DNA from: a virus
DNA: 24,644 bases
Direction: 5' to 3' (one strand)
UHGV virus genome: UHGV-2020843
Positions 7,804-16,155 of the stretch are shown here, piece by piece (position 1 is the first letter of the stretch; the number at the start of each line of letters is the position of its first letter). The notes under the pieces are model-generated. The model did no database searches and had not been told where the DNA came from. It saw only the letters and a list, made by a program, of their open reading frames with translations. The position numbers and the translations under genes were made by a program.

Positions 7804-8169
7804 ATGGATAATTTAACCAATACGTATCGCCGAAGAATTTTAAAAGCTGCGTTATTACGCCACCAGCGTAAAACCGGAAGCACCTGCATCATTATTAATA
7901 TGCCTAAAGGTGGAATAAACACAGTCGAATTAACAGAAATACTGCTTGATGGTTTGTTGAGACGATTCGAAAAGCTGGCTCTCAGTGAATACGGGAATAT
8001 CGACGGTGTAAAAGCCATCAGAGGAATTTACAGCAACGCCGTAGATGTGAATGGCAGCGGTGAGTTCCTGACAGAAAGCGGAAAGGCATTAATCGACGAT
8101 CTCATTGCTGAGCTGGTCGAATTTGCTAAGAAACAAAAATCAGTCACAGCGGAGACAAGCCATGAGTGA
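7804..8169 (+). CDS. Hypothetical protein (121 aa) with arginine-rich N-terminus
   Basis: ORF begins MDNLTNTYRRRILKAALLRHQRK; contiguous with flanking ORFs. Confidence 0.5.
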   Translation: MDNLTNTYRRRILKAALLRHQRKTGSTCIIINMPKGGINTVELTEILLDGLLRRFEKLALSEYGNIDGVKAIRGIYSNAVDVNGSGEFLTESGKALIDDLIAELVEFAKKQKSVTAETSHE

Positions 8170-8374
8170 TCAGACACCAATTATCACGCACGAACCAGTA
8201 AATATCGTGCTGACAATCGAGAACGGGAAAGTTATCCACGCGCGCCCGGTTCAGAACGGCGAGGTTACAGCATCGCTGGAGACTTTTTTATGGATGGCTG
8301 AACAAGCCGGTTACACGATCACCCCACCTGCAGGAGAGAAGGACAATGGCCCTGACAGCGATACGAATTCCTGA
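8162..8374 (+). CDS. Hypothetical small acidic protein (70 aa); candidate antitoxin partner of the following ORF
   Basis: ATG at 8162 with GGAG ribosome-binding site 7 nt upstream; overlaps upstream stop and overlaps downstream ORF by 29 nt. Confidence 0.45.
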   Translation: MSDQTPIITHEPVNIVLTIENGKVIHARPVQNGEVTASLETFLWMAEQAGYTITPPAGEKDNGPDSDTNS

Positions 8375-8567
8375 GTGGGTGCACCTGCAGGCGGTCCATG
8401 TCCTCCGCCAGTTCAGAGCCAGGCGGATTCATCCCTGCCGTATGCACGGCTCCGGAAACCTGAGCCTGAGGGTTAATCGCCGCTGGCGGCTGCTGTCCCG
8501 AGACGGCGGCCATAACTGGGAAGTAATGAGCCATGAACGATACAGCAAACTGAAGGACAGAAAATGA
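8346..8567 (+). CDS. Candidate RelE/ParE/HigB-superfamily toxin-like protein (73 aa)
   Basis: Segment GSGNLSLRVNRRWRLLSRDGGHNWEVMSHERY resembles the RelE/HigB core (recalled E. coli HigB GGNELRVVAMVFF...YIREVMTHKEYD); strong ribosome-binding site GGAGAGAAGGA; GC-rich relative to neighbours. Confidence 0.4.
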   Translation: MALTAIRIPEWVHLQAVHVLRQFRARRIHPCRMHGSGNLSLRVNRRWRLLSRDGGHNWEVMSHERYSKLKDRK

Positions 8568-8665
8568 AAGCGCTTTTCCTTTCCCTGCTGTTTGGCCTGT
8601 TATTGGTGGCCGTCGTTTTCGGCGCGCTGATTGAGTACAAATTTTTGATGGATTTCGGGAGTTGA
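8564..8665 (+). CDS. Small hydrophobic peptide (33 aa), likely membrane-inserted
   Basis: MKALFLSLLFGLLLVAVVFGALIEYKFLMDFGS; ATGA overlap with upstream stop; AAGGA ribosome-binding site. Confidence 0.4.
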   Translation: MKALFLSLLFGLLLVAVVFGALIEYKFLMDFGS

Positions 8666-8667
8666 TT

Positions 8668-8880
8668 ATGAAAACGGGACAACAACCAGCTTACCCATGC
8701 CCTCGCACTGATTCTCCTCAGGGTATGACATATCGCCAGTATCTTGTAAGTCAGCTCGCGCCCGTAATCGCTGCTCAGTTCTTCGAAAGTAGCGCATGGA
8801 CCGACTACGACGACATGGGCGGCTCTCTGATGATGATGGTCGACAGCATTATTGAAGCTGAAAAGGAGACAGCACAATGA
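8668..8880 (+). CDS. Hypothetical small acidic protein (70 aa)
   Basis: ATG at 8668 with GGGAG ribosome-binding site; the ORF track extends it to a TTG at 8662. Confidence 0.45.
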   Translation: MKTGQQPAYPCPRTDSPQGMTYRQYLVSQLAPVIAAQFFESSAWTDYDDMGGSLMMMVDSIIEAEKETAQ

Positions 8881-9275
8881 GCAAATCAGCAAAAGAGCTT
8901 TATACCGTACCTGAATGGATGCGCCCATACCTTACGTTATTCCAAAACACTGGAGGTAATGACGTTGAGGATCTGCTGCACGATGAAGACACCAATATGT
9001 TCGCAAATAGCATTCGGTACATGTTGATCGTGTCCGCTCGTTCACAATTCAGATTGCTGATGGATATGTATAAAAATGGGCAGATTATCGAGCTTGAAAC
9101 GATGAAAACAGACCCTGTTGGTGAAGATTATCAGTCAGCGATCGACATCTTGCGCGACAGAGCTGCTCGCGAACTCGATGGTGGTTTTCGCTCACATCAC
9201 AACGCCCTGATTTATGCAGCTAATGAACTGGAAAATGCCCAGGCCTTCGGGCGGGAGGTCAGCCATGAGTCTTGA
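8877..9275 (+). CDS. Hypothetical protein (132 aa)
   Basis: ORF with ATGA overlap to the upstream stop; no recognisable motif. Confidence 0.5.
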   Translation: MSKSAKELYTVPEWMRPYLTLFQNTGGNDVEDLLHDEDTNMFANSIRYMLIVSARSQFRLLMDMYKNGQIIELETMKTDPVGEDYQSAIDILRDRAARELDGGFRSHHNALIYAANELENAQAFGREVSHES

Positions 9276-9474
9276 TTGCGTACCCCTTTCTACGTACTGC
9301 AGGGACGCGGGGGAAACGGTAGAAGCCGTTAACAAACGGATACAAAGGGGGTTATGGAAGGAGGGAGTACATGTATTAAAAGTCGATGGCGTTAAAGAAC
9401 GCTGGATTGACTTAACGGAGGTTTCAAAGTGGGCAAGAAAGAACAAGGATCATTATCTCTCCCAAGAGGAGTAA
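9265..9474 (+). CDS. xis: Excisionase-like protein
   Basis: About 69 aa, immediately upstream of and overlapping the integrase; GGGAGG ribosome-binding site; small basic DNA-binding-like protein in the canonical xis position. Confidence 0.55.
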   Translation: MSLDCVPLSTYCRDAGETVEAVNKRIQRGLWKEGVHVLKVDGVKERWIDLTEVSKWARKNKDHYLSQEE

Positions 9475-10601
9475 CCATCCGCCAGCATAAAACTGGCGAC
9501 ACTCTGGTTATCACTTTCACATACAAAGGGGTTCTGTGCCGGGAGCCCCTCTCCAAAATGGAAGCAAACGCGCGCGGTGTGAAGTACGCCGAGCGCCTGC
9601 TCGGGGAGATACAGAACCAGATCGTCAGTGGCACCTTTGAATATGCGAAATATTTCCCCAACTCCAAAAAGCTGGAGCTATTCGGGGTGGTGAAGAAAAC
9701 CAAAAACATAAAGTCCTACCTGGACGAGTACCTCAAAATCTGCCAGAACCGCAACCTGTCCCCGTCGACTATAAATGGTTATGAAAAATGCCTGTCGGCA
9801 CTGTCAGCTCTGCATAAACTCCACGTGTCAGAACTGACGCCAGCGGTCCTTAAAAACTGGATAGCCAGCCGGAAAACAAAGCTGAAAACGACCAGGAATA
9901 ACCTTTCGTTTCTGCGCAGCGCAATCGATGAAGCTGTTACGGATGGCCTGCTGACCATTAACCCGGTAACCCTCGTCAGCGCCAGCCGGTACCACGTGAT
10001 CGACAGCAGCCCGAGCGCCGACGATTACGAGGTTGACCCGTTCACGCCAGCGGAGACCCTCGCCATTTACCAGAACTGCAGGTACCCGGAATGGGAAAAC
10101 CTGTTCCGCTTTGCTTTCAATACCGGTCTGCGGAGCTCCGAACTGTGCGCGCTGCGCTGGCCTGATCTCGACACCATCGCGAACACAGCCCACGTTCAGG
10201 CGGCCAGTGTCGTAGGGGTACTTAAAGGCACCAAGACAAAAGCCGGTACCCGCAAGGTGGAGCTGAACAGTGAGGCGCTGGCGGCCCTGCAGGCGCAGAA
10301 GCAATACACCTTTATGAAAAGTGAGTTCATATTCAGCGATCCGAAAACGGGAGAACCCTGGGCGAACGCCGACGCTATCCGTAAAAAAGCATGGGTGCCG
10401 ACCCTGAAAAAAGCTGGCGTGCGCTACCGTAACCCGTACCAGACGCGGCACACATTCGCCACCAAGCATATTAGCCAGGGCGTTAACCTCTTCTGGCTTG
10501 CCGGACAGATGGGCCACAAAGGGCCGGAAATGATATTCCGCAACTACGGTAAATACCTGGCTGAATATGACGGTAAAACCGCGATTTCAACCGCGCTGTA
10601 G
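9429..10601 (+). CDS. int: Tyrosine site-specific integrase (lambda Int-like)
   Basis: 390 aa; C-terminal catalytic region with RHTFATKH, GHKG and YGKY (R-H-R-Y type residues); located next to the attachment-site core. Confidence 0.85.
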   Translation: MGKKEQGSLSLPRGVTIRQHKTGDTLVITFTYKGVLCREPLSKMEANARGVKYAERLLGEIQNQIVSGTFEYAKYFPNSKKLELFGVVKKTKNIKSYLDEYLKICQNRNLSPSTINGYEKCLSALSALHKLHVSELTPAVLKNWIASRKTKLKTTRNNLSFLRSAIDEAVTDGLLTINPVTLVSASRYHVIDSSPSADDYEVDPFTPAETLAIYQNCRYPEWENLFRFAFNTGLRSSELCALRWPDLDTIANTAHVQAASVVGVLKGTKTKAGTRKVELNSEALAALQAQKQYTFMKSEFIFSDPKTGEPWANADAIRKKAWVPTLKKAGVRYRNPYQTRHTFATKHISQGVNLFWLAGQMGHKGPEMIFRNYGKYLAEYDGKTAISTAL

Positions 10602-10724
10602 CGGGGTAAATATTTCAAAATGTTGGACAGAATCAGGACGTTAGACAGACCTCAATATGCACGTAAAATGCACCTGAGGTATATCACAGTGAAAGAATTG
10701 TTTATTTTCAATGAGTTAAATGCC

Positions 10725-10760
10725 TTTCGGACGCGAGTTCAACTCCCGCCAGCTCCACCA
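10725..10760 (+). other. Attachment-site core: 36-nt copy of the 3' end of tmRNA (ssrA) ending in CCA, not a complete gene
   Basis: TTTCGGACGCGAGTTCAACTCCCGCCAGCTCCACCA matches the recalled 3' end of E. coli ssrA with one mismatch (A for G in the T-arm stem); sequence upstream does not resemble the ssrA body. Confidence 0.7.
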
Positions 10761-10807
10761 AAATTCTCCATCGGTGATTACCAGAGTCATCCGATGAAGT
10801 CCTAAGA

Positions 10808-10839
10808 GCCCGCACGGCGCAAGCCCTGCGGGCTTTTTT
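10808..10839 (+). terminator. Intrinsic terminator downstream of the ssrA 3'-end copy
   Basis: GCCCGCA...TGCGGGC stem followed by T6. Confidence 0.6.
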
Positions 10840-10963
10840 GTGCCCTCAATTTGTCCCGCGAAGTCCGAAGAGAACTAATTAAATCCGAACCTTTTAGGCC
10901 CATTGATAGGCCCAACGAAAAGCTCTATTGTTTACGTTGGGCCTAAACGCAGGGAGACTCCCC

Positions 10964-12205
10964 ATGGCAAGAAAAACCAAGCCGTTAACTGATACGGAAA
11001 TCAAAGCCGCCAAACCTAAAGATGCCGATTACCAGCTTTATGACGGTGACGGGCTTACTCTGTTAATCAAGTCCAGTGGCAGTAAGCTTTGGCAATTCCG
11101 TTACTATCGGCCTTTGACCAAGCAGCGAACCAAACAGAGCTTCGGTGCCTATCCTGCCGTCTCGCTTTCTGATGCACGTAAACTCAGAGCCGAATCTAAA
11201 GTTTTATTGGCGAAAGACATTGATCCTCAGGAACATCAGAAAGAACAGGTGAGGAATTCTCAAGAGGCCAAAACCAATACCTTCTTGTTAGTTGCCGAGC
11301 GTTGGTGGAATGTGAAGAAAACCAGCGTAACAGAGGACTATGCCGACGATATCTGGCGCTCGCTTGAGAGAGATATTTTCCCGGCAATCGGTGATATCAG
11401 TATCACTGAGATTAAGGCTCATACTCTGGTTAAAGCAGTTCAGCCGGTTCAGGCCAGAGGTGCATTAGAGACTGTTCGCCGCCTTTGTCAGCGTATTAAC
11501 GAAGTCATGATTTATGCGCAGAACACAGGCCTGATTGATGCTGTTCCTAGTGTAAATATCGGAAAAGCTTTCGAGAAACCGCAAAAGAAAAACATGCCAA
11601 GCATCCGGCCGGATCAACTTCCGCAGCTAATGCACACCATGCGTACGGCAAGTATCAGCATGTCCACAAGATGCCTGTTCATGTGGCAACTTCTAACCAT
11701 CACCCGCCCTGCCGAAGCTGCTGAGGCTCGATGGGATGAGATCGATTTCAATGCTAGCGAATGGAAAATTCCTGCAGCTCGAATGAAGATGAACCGGGAC
11801 CATACGGTTCCACTATCTGATGGGGCTCTTGCTATTCTGGAAATGATGAAGCCTCTCAGTGGTGGCCGAGAATTTATCTTTCCTAGCCGTATCAAGCCCA
11901 ACCAACCAATGAATAGCCAAACAGTGAATGCAGCACTCAAGCGTGCTGGCTTAGGAGGTGTACTTGTTTCACACGGCTTGCGTTCTATCGCCAGTACGGC
12001 ACTCAATGAGGAAGGATTTCCACCTGATGTCATTGAAGCAGCGCTTGCTCATGTAGACAAAAATGAGGTGCGTCGCGCTTATAACCGCAGTGATTATCTT
12101 GAGCAACGTCGTCCGATGATGCAATGGTGGGCTGATCTCGTAAAAGCAGCAGATAGTGGTAGCATCGTTTTAACTCATTTGAGCAAAATTCGTCTTGTCG
12201 GATAA
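10964..12205 (+). CDS. intA: P4-type tyrosine integrase IntA
   Basis: 413 aa starting MARKTKPLTDTEIKAAKPKDADYQLYDGDGLTL; AGGGAG ribosome-binding site; C-terminal HGLRS...AHVDKNEVRRAYNRSDY catalytic region. Confidence 0.9.
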   Translation: MARKTKPLTDTEIKAAKPKDADYQLYDGDGLTLLIKSSGSKLWQFRYYRPLTKQRTKQSFGAYPAVSLSDARKLRAESKVLLAKDIDPQEHQKEQVRNSQEAKTNTFLLVAERWWNVKKTSVTEDYADDIWRSLERDIFPAIGDISITEIKAHTLVKAVQPVQARGALETVRRLCQRINEVMIYAQNTGLIDAVPSVNIGKAFEKPQKKNMPSIRPDQLPQLMHTMRTASISMSTRCLFMWQLLTITRPAEAAEARWDEIDFNASEWKIPAARMKMNRDHTVPLSDGALAILEMMKPLSGGREFIFPSRIKPNQPMNSQTVNAALKRAGLGGVLVSHGLRSIASTALNEEGFPPDVIEAALAHVDKNEVRRAYNRSDYLEQRRPMMQWWADLVKAADSGSIVLTHLSKIRLVG

Positions 12206-12448
12206 AATATTTATCAGCCCAGCTCTCTGGGCTGATATTTCTAAAAGATCGCACTAAATAGCTACGCGGAATAGTGCTCTACTTTCGTTTAGCCCTTTCA
12301 GAGGTAAGACATTAGGGCAATTTCACTGTATGACTGCGCAGTCATCGAGTCTGTGGGGTGTTGCTCCTTTTGCAACGTATCACTTGTCAATAAATAGAAA
12401 GTGTAGATGTATTAGGCGCAGCTATTTAGTCTATATGGCAAGTAGTAA

Positions 12449-13405
12449 TTATTTACTTCTTTTTTTTCTACGAACAGCGCTATCGAAAGCTTGTTTTACA
12501 TCTTCATTTTTTAAAGACCATTGATTTAAAATAGTATCAACCAAAGCATCTTGACTCATTGTTGCTACACGATATTTTTTATTTTGATTATTTATCTCAA
12601 ACTCTGACATTTGAATAAAATCCCATAGCGGTTCGATAAGTTCATTAACTGCTACAACCTTATTTTTCCACCCATCATTCGGAACAGAGTCATTAATTAG
12701 CTCAACCAACTTCAGTTGAATGATATGGTACACTTCCGCTTTGCTTTTGCCACCCTTCTTTCCTGCACTCCGCCTGACTTCTGATAATTTTTTTTGATTA
12801 CAAACAGAGATGTTAAACCAAGTCATACCTATGCACTTATCAAATAACTCCGCAGCCCGATGAAATGCTTTAAAGGCAACGTTTTCATTTTCAGACATGA
12901 TAGATTTTCCCCAGAAAAAAGAGATTGAGGCGAACATAAGGTGTGCCTTGAAAATGTCATTAATGGAAAATGGCTCGATAACAAGAGGTAAAAACGTTTC
13001 CTTGGTAAGGTTTGAACTTAGATTTTTCCAGCATTCTTGAGCTGGATCATATAATTCAGTGTATTCTTCCTTTATCTCCAGTTGCCCATTCACTGTATGG
13101 TGCCTTGTTTCCCATGGTACATCGCAGGAATATAACCTCACACGAGTACCTATTTTCTCAGAGCTCCAGAATTGCTCTCGCATTCTGCCTAGCTCAATCC
13201 GTATTTCCGGATGATCTTCCTCTAGAACATCAGTATCCACCGCCCATTCGCATTCGGACATGTGATAGGCGAGATCACGTCGTTTTCTACAAATTTGTTC
13301 ATAAAAATCATTCAGAGAAATCATAAAACCACCATAAATCAATGTATTAGAGGTTGTAAAAATTGTATTTTTGGTACATGGGTTTTTTGCCTTAAAGATA
13401 CCCAT
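12449..13405 (-). CDS. yfjH: Uncharacterised island protein YfjH (318 aa from ATG at 13405; alternative start at 13324)
   Basis: AT-rich ORF between intA and alpA, on the opposite strand; position and length match recalled CP4-57 yfjH. Confidence 0.65.
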   Translation of the reverse strand: MGIFKAKNPCTKNTIFTTSNTLIYGGFMISLNDFYEQICRKRRDLAYHMSECEWAVDTDVLEEDHPEIRIELGRMREQFWSSEKIGTRVRLYSCDVPWETRHHTVNGQLEIKEEYTELYDPAQECWKNLSSNLTKETFLPLVIEPFSINDIFKAHLMFASISFFWGKSIMSENENVAFKAFHRAAELFDKCIGMTWFNISVCNQKKLSEVRRSAGKKGGKSKAEVYHIIQLKLVELINDSVPNDGWKNKVVAVNELIEPLWDFIQMSEFEINNQNKKYRVATMSQDALVDTILNQWSLKNEDVKQAFDSAVRRKKRSK

Positions 13406-13448
13406 TAATCTCTCTGCAACCAAAGTGAACCAATGAGAGGCAACAAGA

Positions 13449-13661
13449 ATGAACAATCGATCGGCCGTTAGAATACTACGGTTACCAGCGGTTATCCAAA
13501 AAACAGGTATGGCACGGGCCACCATCTATGACTGGTTGAACCCCAAATCACCACGATACGATGCCACCTTTCCCAAAAAGCGAATGCTCGGCGTGAAATC
13601 TGTCGGATGGATTGAGGCCGAGATTGATGAGTGGTTATCACAACGCTGTAAACTTATTTGA
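13449..13661 (+). CDS. alpA: AlpA-family transcriptional regulator (excision/int regulator)
   Basis: 70 aa, MNNRSAVRILRLPAVIQKTGMARATIYDWL HTH typical of AlpA/phage regulatory proteins. Confidence 0.85.
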   Translation: MNNRSAVRILRLPAVIQKTGMARATIYDWLNPKSPRYDATFPKKRMLGVKSVGWIEAEIDEWLSQRCKLI

Positions 13662-13789
13662 GGGTGTTACATGAATTCATACTCAATTGCTGTCATCGGA
13701 GTGTAAACATCCTGCTATTTCCGCCATTAATAGCGGAATAGCCATATTTGCTAAACAATTTCTTAATTTAATTAAATAAGAGGCATTGC

Positions 13790-15199
13790 ATGTTCAATGG
13801 TCGTCCTTTCCCTGTAGATGCATTTCCTAAAATTATCAGGAATGCAATTTATGAAGTGGAACAGCATACGCAGGCCCCTCAAGGTTTGATTGCTGCTTCT
13901 GCTCTTGGGGTAATTTCTCTTGCCTGTCAGAACCGGATTGATGTTTGCCGATTGAATAATCTACGTGGCCCGGTATCACTTTTCTTAATGACTCTGGCTG
14001 AATCAGGTGAACGTAAGAGTACGGTTGATAAACTGCTGATGAAGCCATTATATCAACTGGAAGAGGATTTATTTGAAAAATACACCCACGATCTTACCGC
14101 ATGGAGAAATGATGAAGCAATTTTTAATATTGAAAAAAAAGCACTGATGTCAAAACTTAAATCAGATATTCGACGTAACAAAGATCACTTGGCAACAAAT
14201 GAAAGACTTAAAGAACTACTTACGACAAACCCGAAAGCTCCAGTGAGATTCAAATTTTTATTTAACGATGCCACACCTGCAGCTATTAAAGCTCATCTCT
14301 GTGGGCACTGGCGATCAGTCGGCATCATGTCTGATGAAGCTGGGATCATTTTTAATGGTTACACACTTAACGAGCTGCCGTTTATCAATAAGATGTGGGA
14401 TGGTTCAATATTTACGGTGGAAAGGAAAAACGAGCCCGAGAAATTAATTAGAGATGCAAGAATAACACTGTCGCTGATGGTCCAGCCTAATGTTTTTAAG
14501 GGTTATATCGACAGGAAAGGAGATATGGCAAAGGGGATTGGATTTTTTGCACGGTGCCTCATGTGCCAGCCTGCTTCAACACAAGGTAACAGAAAAATTT
14601 CCAACCCAATTTTTTCAAATGAACATTTGCCGGTATTTCACCAACGTCTTATGGAAATTGTTAATGAGAGCATCATTAAAATTAATGAAAATAATCGCAT
14701 CTGCCTCCGATTCTCTGCAGAAGCAGAAAGACATTGGATCGAATTCTACAACCAGGTCGAGTCAGAAATGAGAATGATTGGCCTTCTTTATGATTTTAAG
14801 GATTATGCTTCTAAAATGGCGGAGAACATGGCGAGGCTTGCTGCCTTACTTCATTACTTCAGCGGTGATGGAGGCGATATATCTGTTACCGCAGTAAAAG
14901 CAGCAGTGGAGATAGTGGCTTGGTATATTGAAGAATACATCCGCTTGTTCTCTAAAAAAGAAGAGTTTTCTTTAGATGTTTCAGAAGCAGATGAGCTTTA
15001 TTGTTGGATAAAAGATTACTGCACGCAAAAATTTTCTTCCTGCATCAAGAAAAATATTATCTTACAATTTGGGCCAAATAAATTTAGAAATCGTGACAAG
15101 GCAAATGAATTAATTAGAATCTTAATTTCACAAAACAAAATATTTATATCTTCATGGGGTAAAACAAAAATAATAAACATAACTCATTGTGTTTTTTGA
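13790..15199 (+). CDS. yfjI: YfjI, DUF3987-type protein (possible replication or primase-associated)
   Basis: 469-aa ORF in AT-rich region following alpA, matching CP4-57 order. Confidence 0.75.
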   Translation: MFNGRPFPVDAFPKIIRNAIYEVEQHTQAPQGLIAASALGVISLACQNRIDVCRLNNLRGPVSLFLMTLAESGERKSTVDKLLMKPLYQLEEDLFEKYTHDLTAWRNDEAIFNIEKKALMSKLKSDIRRNKDHLATNERLKELLTTNPKAPVRFKFLFNDATPAAIKAHLCGHWRSVGIMSDEAGIIFNGYTLNELPFINKMWDGSIFTVERKNEPEKLIRDARITLSLMVQPNVFKGYIDRKGDMAKGIGFFARCLMCQPASTQGNRKISNPIFSNEHLPVFHQRLMEIVNESIIKINENNRICLRFSAEAERHWIEFYNQVESEMRMIGLLYDFKDYASKMAENMARLAALLHYFSGDGGDISVTAVKAAVEIVAWYIEEYIRLFSKKEEFSLDVSEADELYCWIKDYCTQKFSSCIKKNIILQFGPNKFRNRDKANELIRILISQNKIFISSWGKTKIINITHCVF

Positions 15200-15351
15200 T
15201 TTTAATGACAATCTAAAAGGACTTAATTTAAGAGTAAAAACAAACTCTAAACCCAGTTCGGATAAAAGCTTGTCATCTTGATAGGTAATATATAGGTACA
15301 TAGACACATCAGAACGATCACTTACTCCAATATCATTGGCCAGGATACTAT

Positions 15352-15978
15352 ATGACATACGATAGTGAATTCGGATCACATGTATCCCTATATCGGGATA
15401 GAATCAAACAGGTTATTGATGACTCCCTAAACGAACATCTTAACTCAATGATTCTACGTGTTGATCTGCATGACCCAATTGATACAGAAAATATGGATAA
15501 CCCATTCTTTCAACCCAGGGTTGACTCTGGTGCTATATCTCGCTTTACCAGTGCGTTAAAAGCAAAGCTTAAACACGATAAGCATATTAAAACTCAACGG
15601 AAAGACTGGCCTGATACTCGACATTCAACCTTACGTTACGCATGGGTCCGAGAATATACCAAAAATAGAAAGCGGCATTACCATTTGATACTGTGTTTCA
15701 ATCAGGATGCTTATTATCATTTAGGTGATTACGACTTAAACCGTAACACGTTACGTACAATGATAACGACAGCTTGGTACAGTGCACTTGGCATCCCTAT
15801 AGATAGCTCGGGGAAGTTAGTTAATTACCCGCCAAATGGCAAATACCTTCTCAATCGTAAAAGGGACAACTTTGAGCAGACTTATAGCGATTTGATGAAT
15901 AGGGTGGATTACATGACCAAAGTAAGGACTAAAATAGTCGGTGACGGAGACCGTAATTTCGGCTGCAGTCGCGGGTAA
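15352..15978 (+). CDS. yfjJ: YfjJ, YagK/YfjJ-family protein (inovirus Gp2-like replication-initiation fold)
   Basis: 208-aa ORF with AGGA ribosome-binding site, followed by a hairpin terminator. Confidence 0.7.
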   Translation: MTYDSEFGSHVSLYRDRIKQVIDDSLNEHLNSMILRVDLHDPIDTENMDNPFFQPRVDSGAISRFTSALKAKLKHDKHIKTQRKDWPDTRHSTLRYAWVREYTKNRKRHYHLILCFNQDAYYHLGDYDLNRNTLRTMITTAWYSALGIPIDSSGKLVNYPPNGKYLLNRKRDNFEQTYSDLMNRVDYMTKVRTKIVGDGDRNFGCSRG

Positions 15979-15996
15979 TTTATTTTTTACAACAAT

Positions 15997-16035
15997 GGCC
16001 TTTCTTATGGCTGGAAAGGCCTGATTTGTTTGTAT
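15997..16035 (+). terminator. Intrinsic terminator between convergent yfjJ and yfjK
   Basis: GGCCTTTC-9 nt loop-GAAAGGCC hairpin followed by T-rich TGATTTGTTTGTATT. Confidence 0.6.
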
Positions 16036-16155
16036 TAAGATATCGGTAATCTTTTGATGGTTGGAAGCCCGTCCTGGTAGACGACCTAGCCTACCGAAGA
16101 TGTGAGTTATTCAAAAATGTCGCTTTCCCGCGTTCCGTAGACAAACGTACCTAAA

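Larger units (their letters stand above)
1..10760. mobile_element. Lambdoid prophage, right portion (late junction, Q, replication, immunity, early-left operon, xis, int, att core); left boundary lies outside the window
   Basis: Lambda-like gene order in reversed orientation: Q-family antiterminator, cro/cI divergent pair with operators, xis-int at the end followed by a copy of the ssrA 3' end. Confidence 0.75.

Noticed and set aside
8229-8237. DnaA-box-like nonamer TTATCCACG
   Set aside because: Single near-consensus match inside a coding region with no cluster of boxes or AT-rich unwinding element; likely chance.
10620-10805. 61-aa ORF spanning the ssrA 3'-end copy
   Set aside because: It covers the att core and terminator region; the sequence is better explained as an RNA-gene fragment and att arm than as coding.
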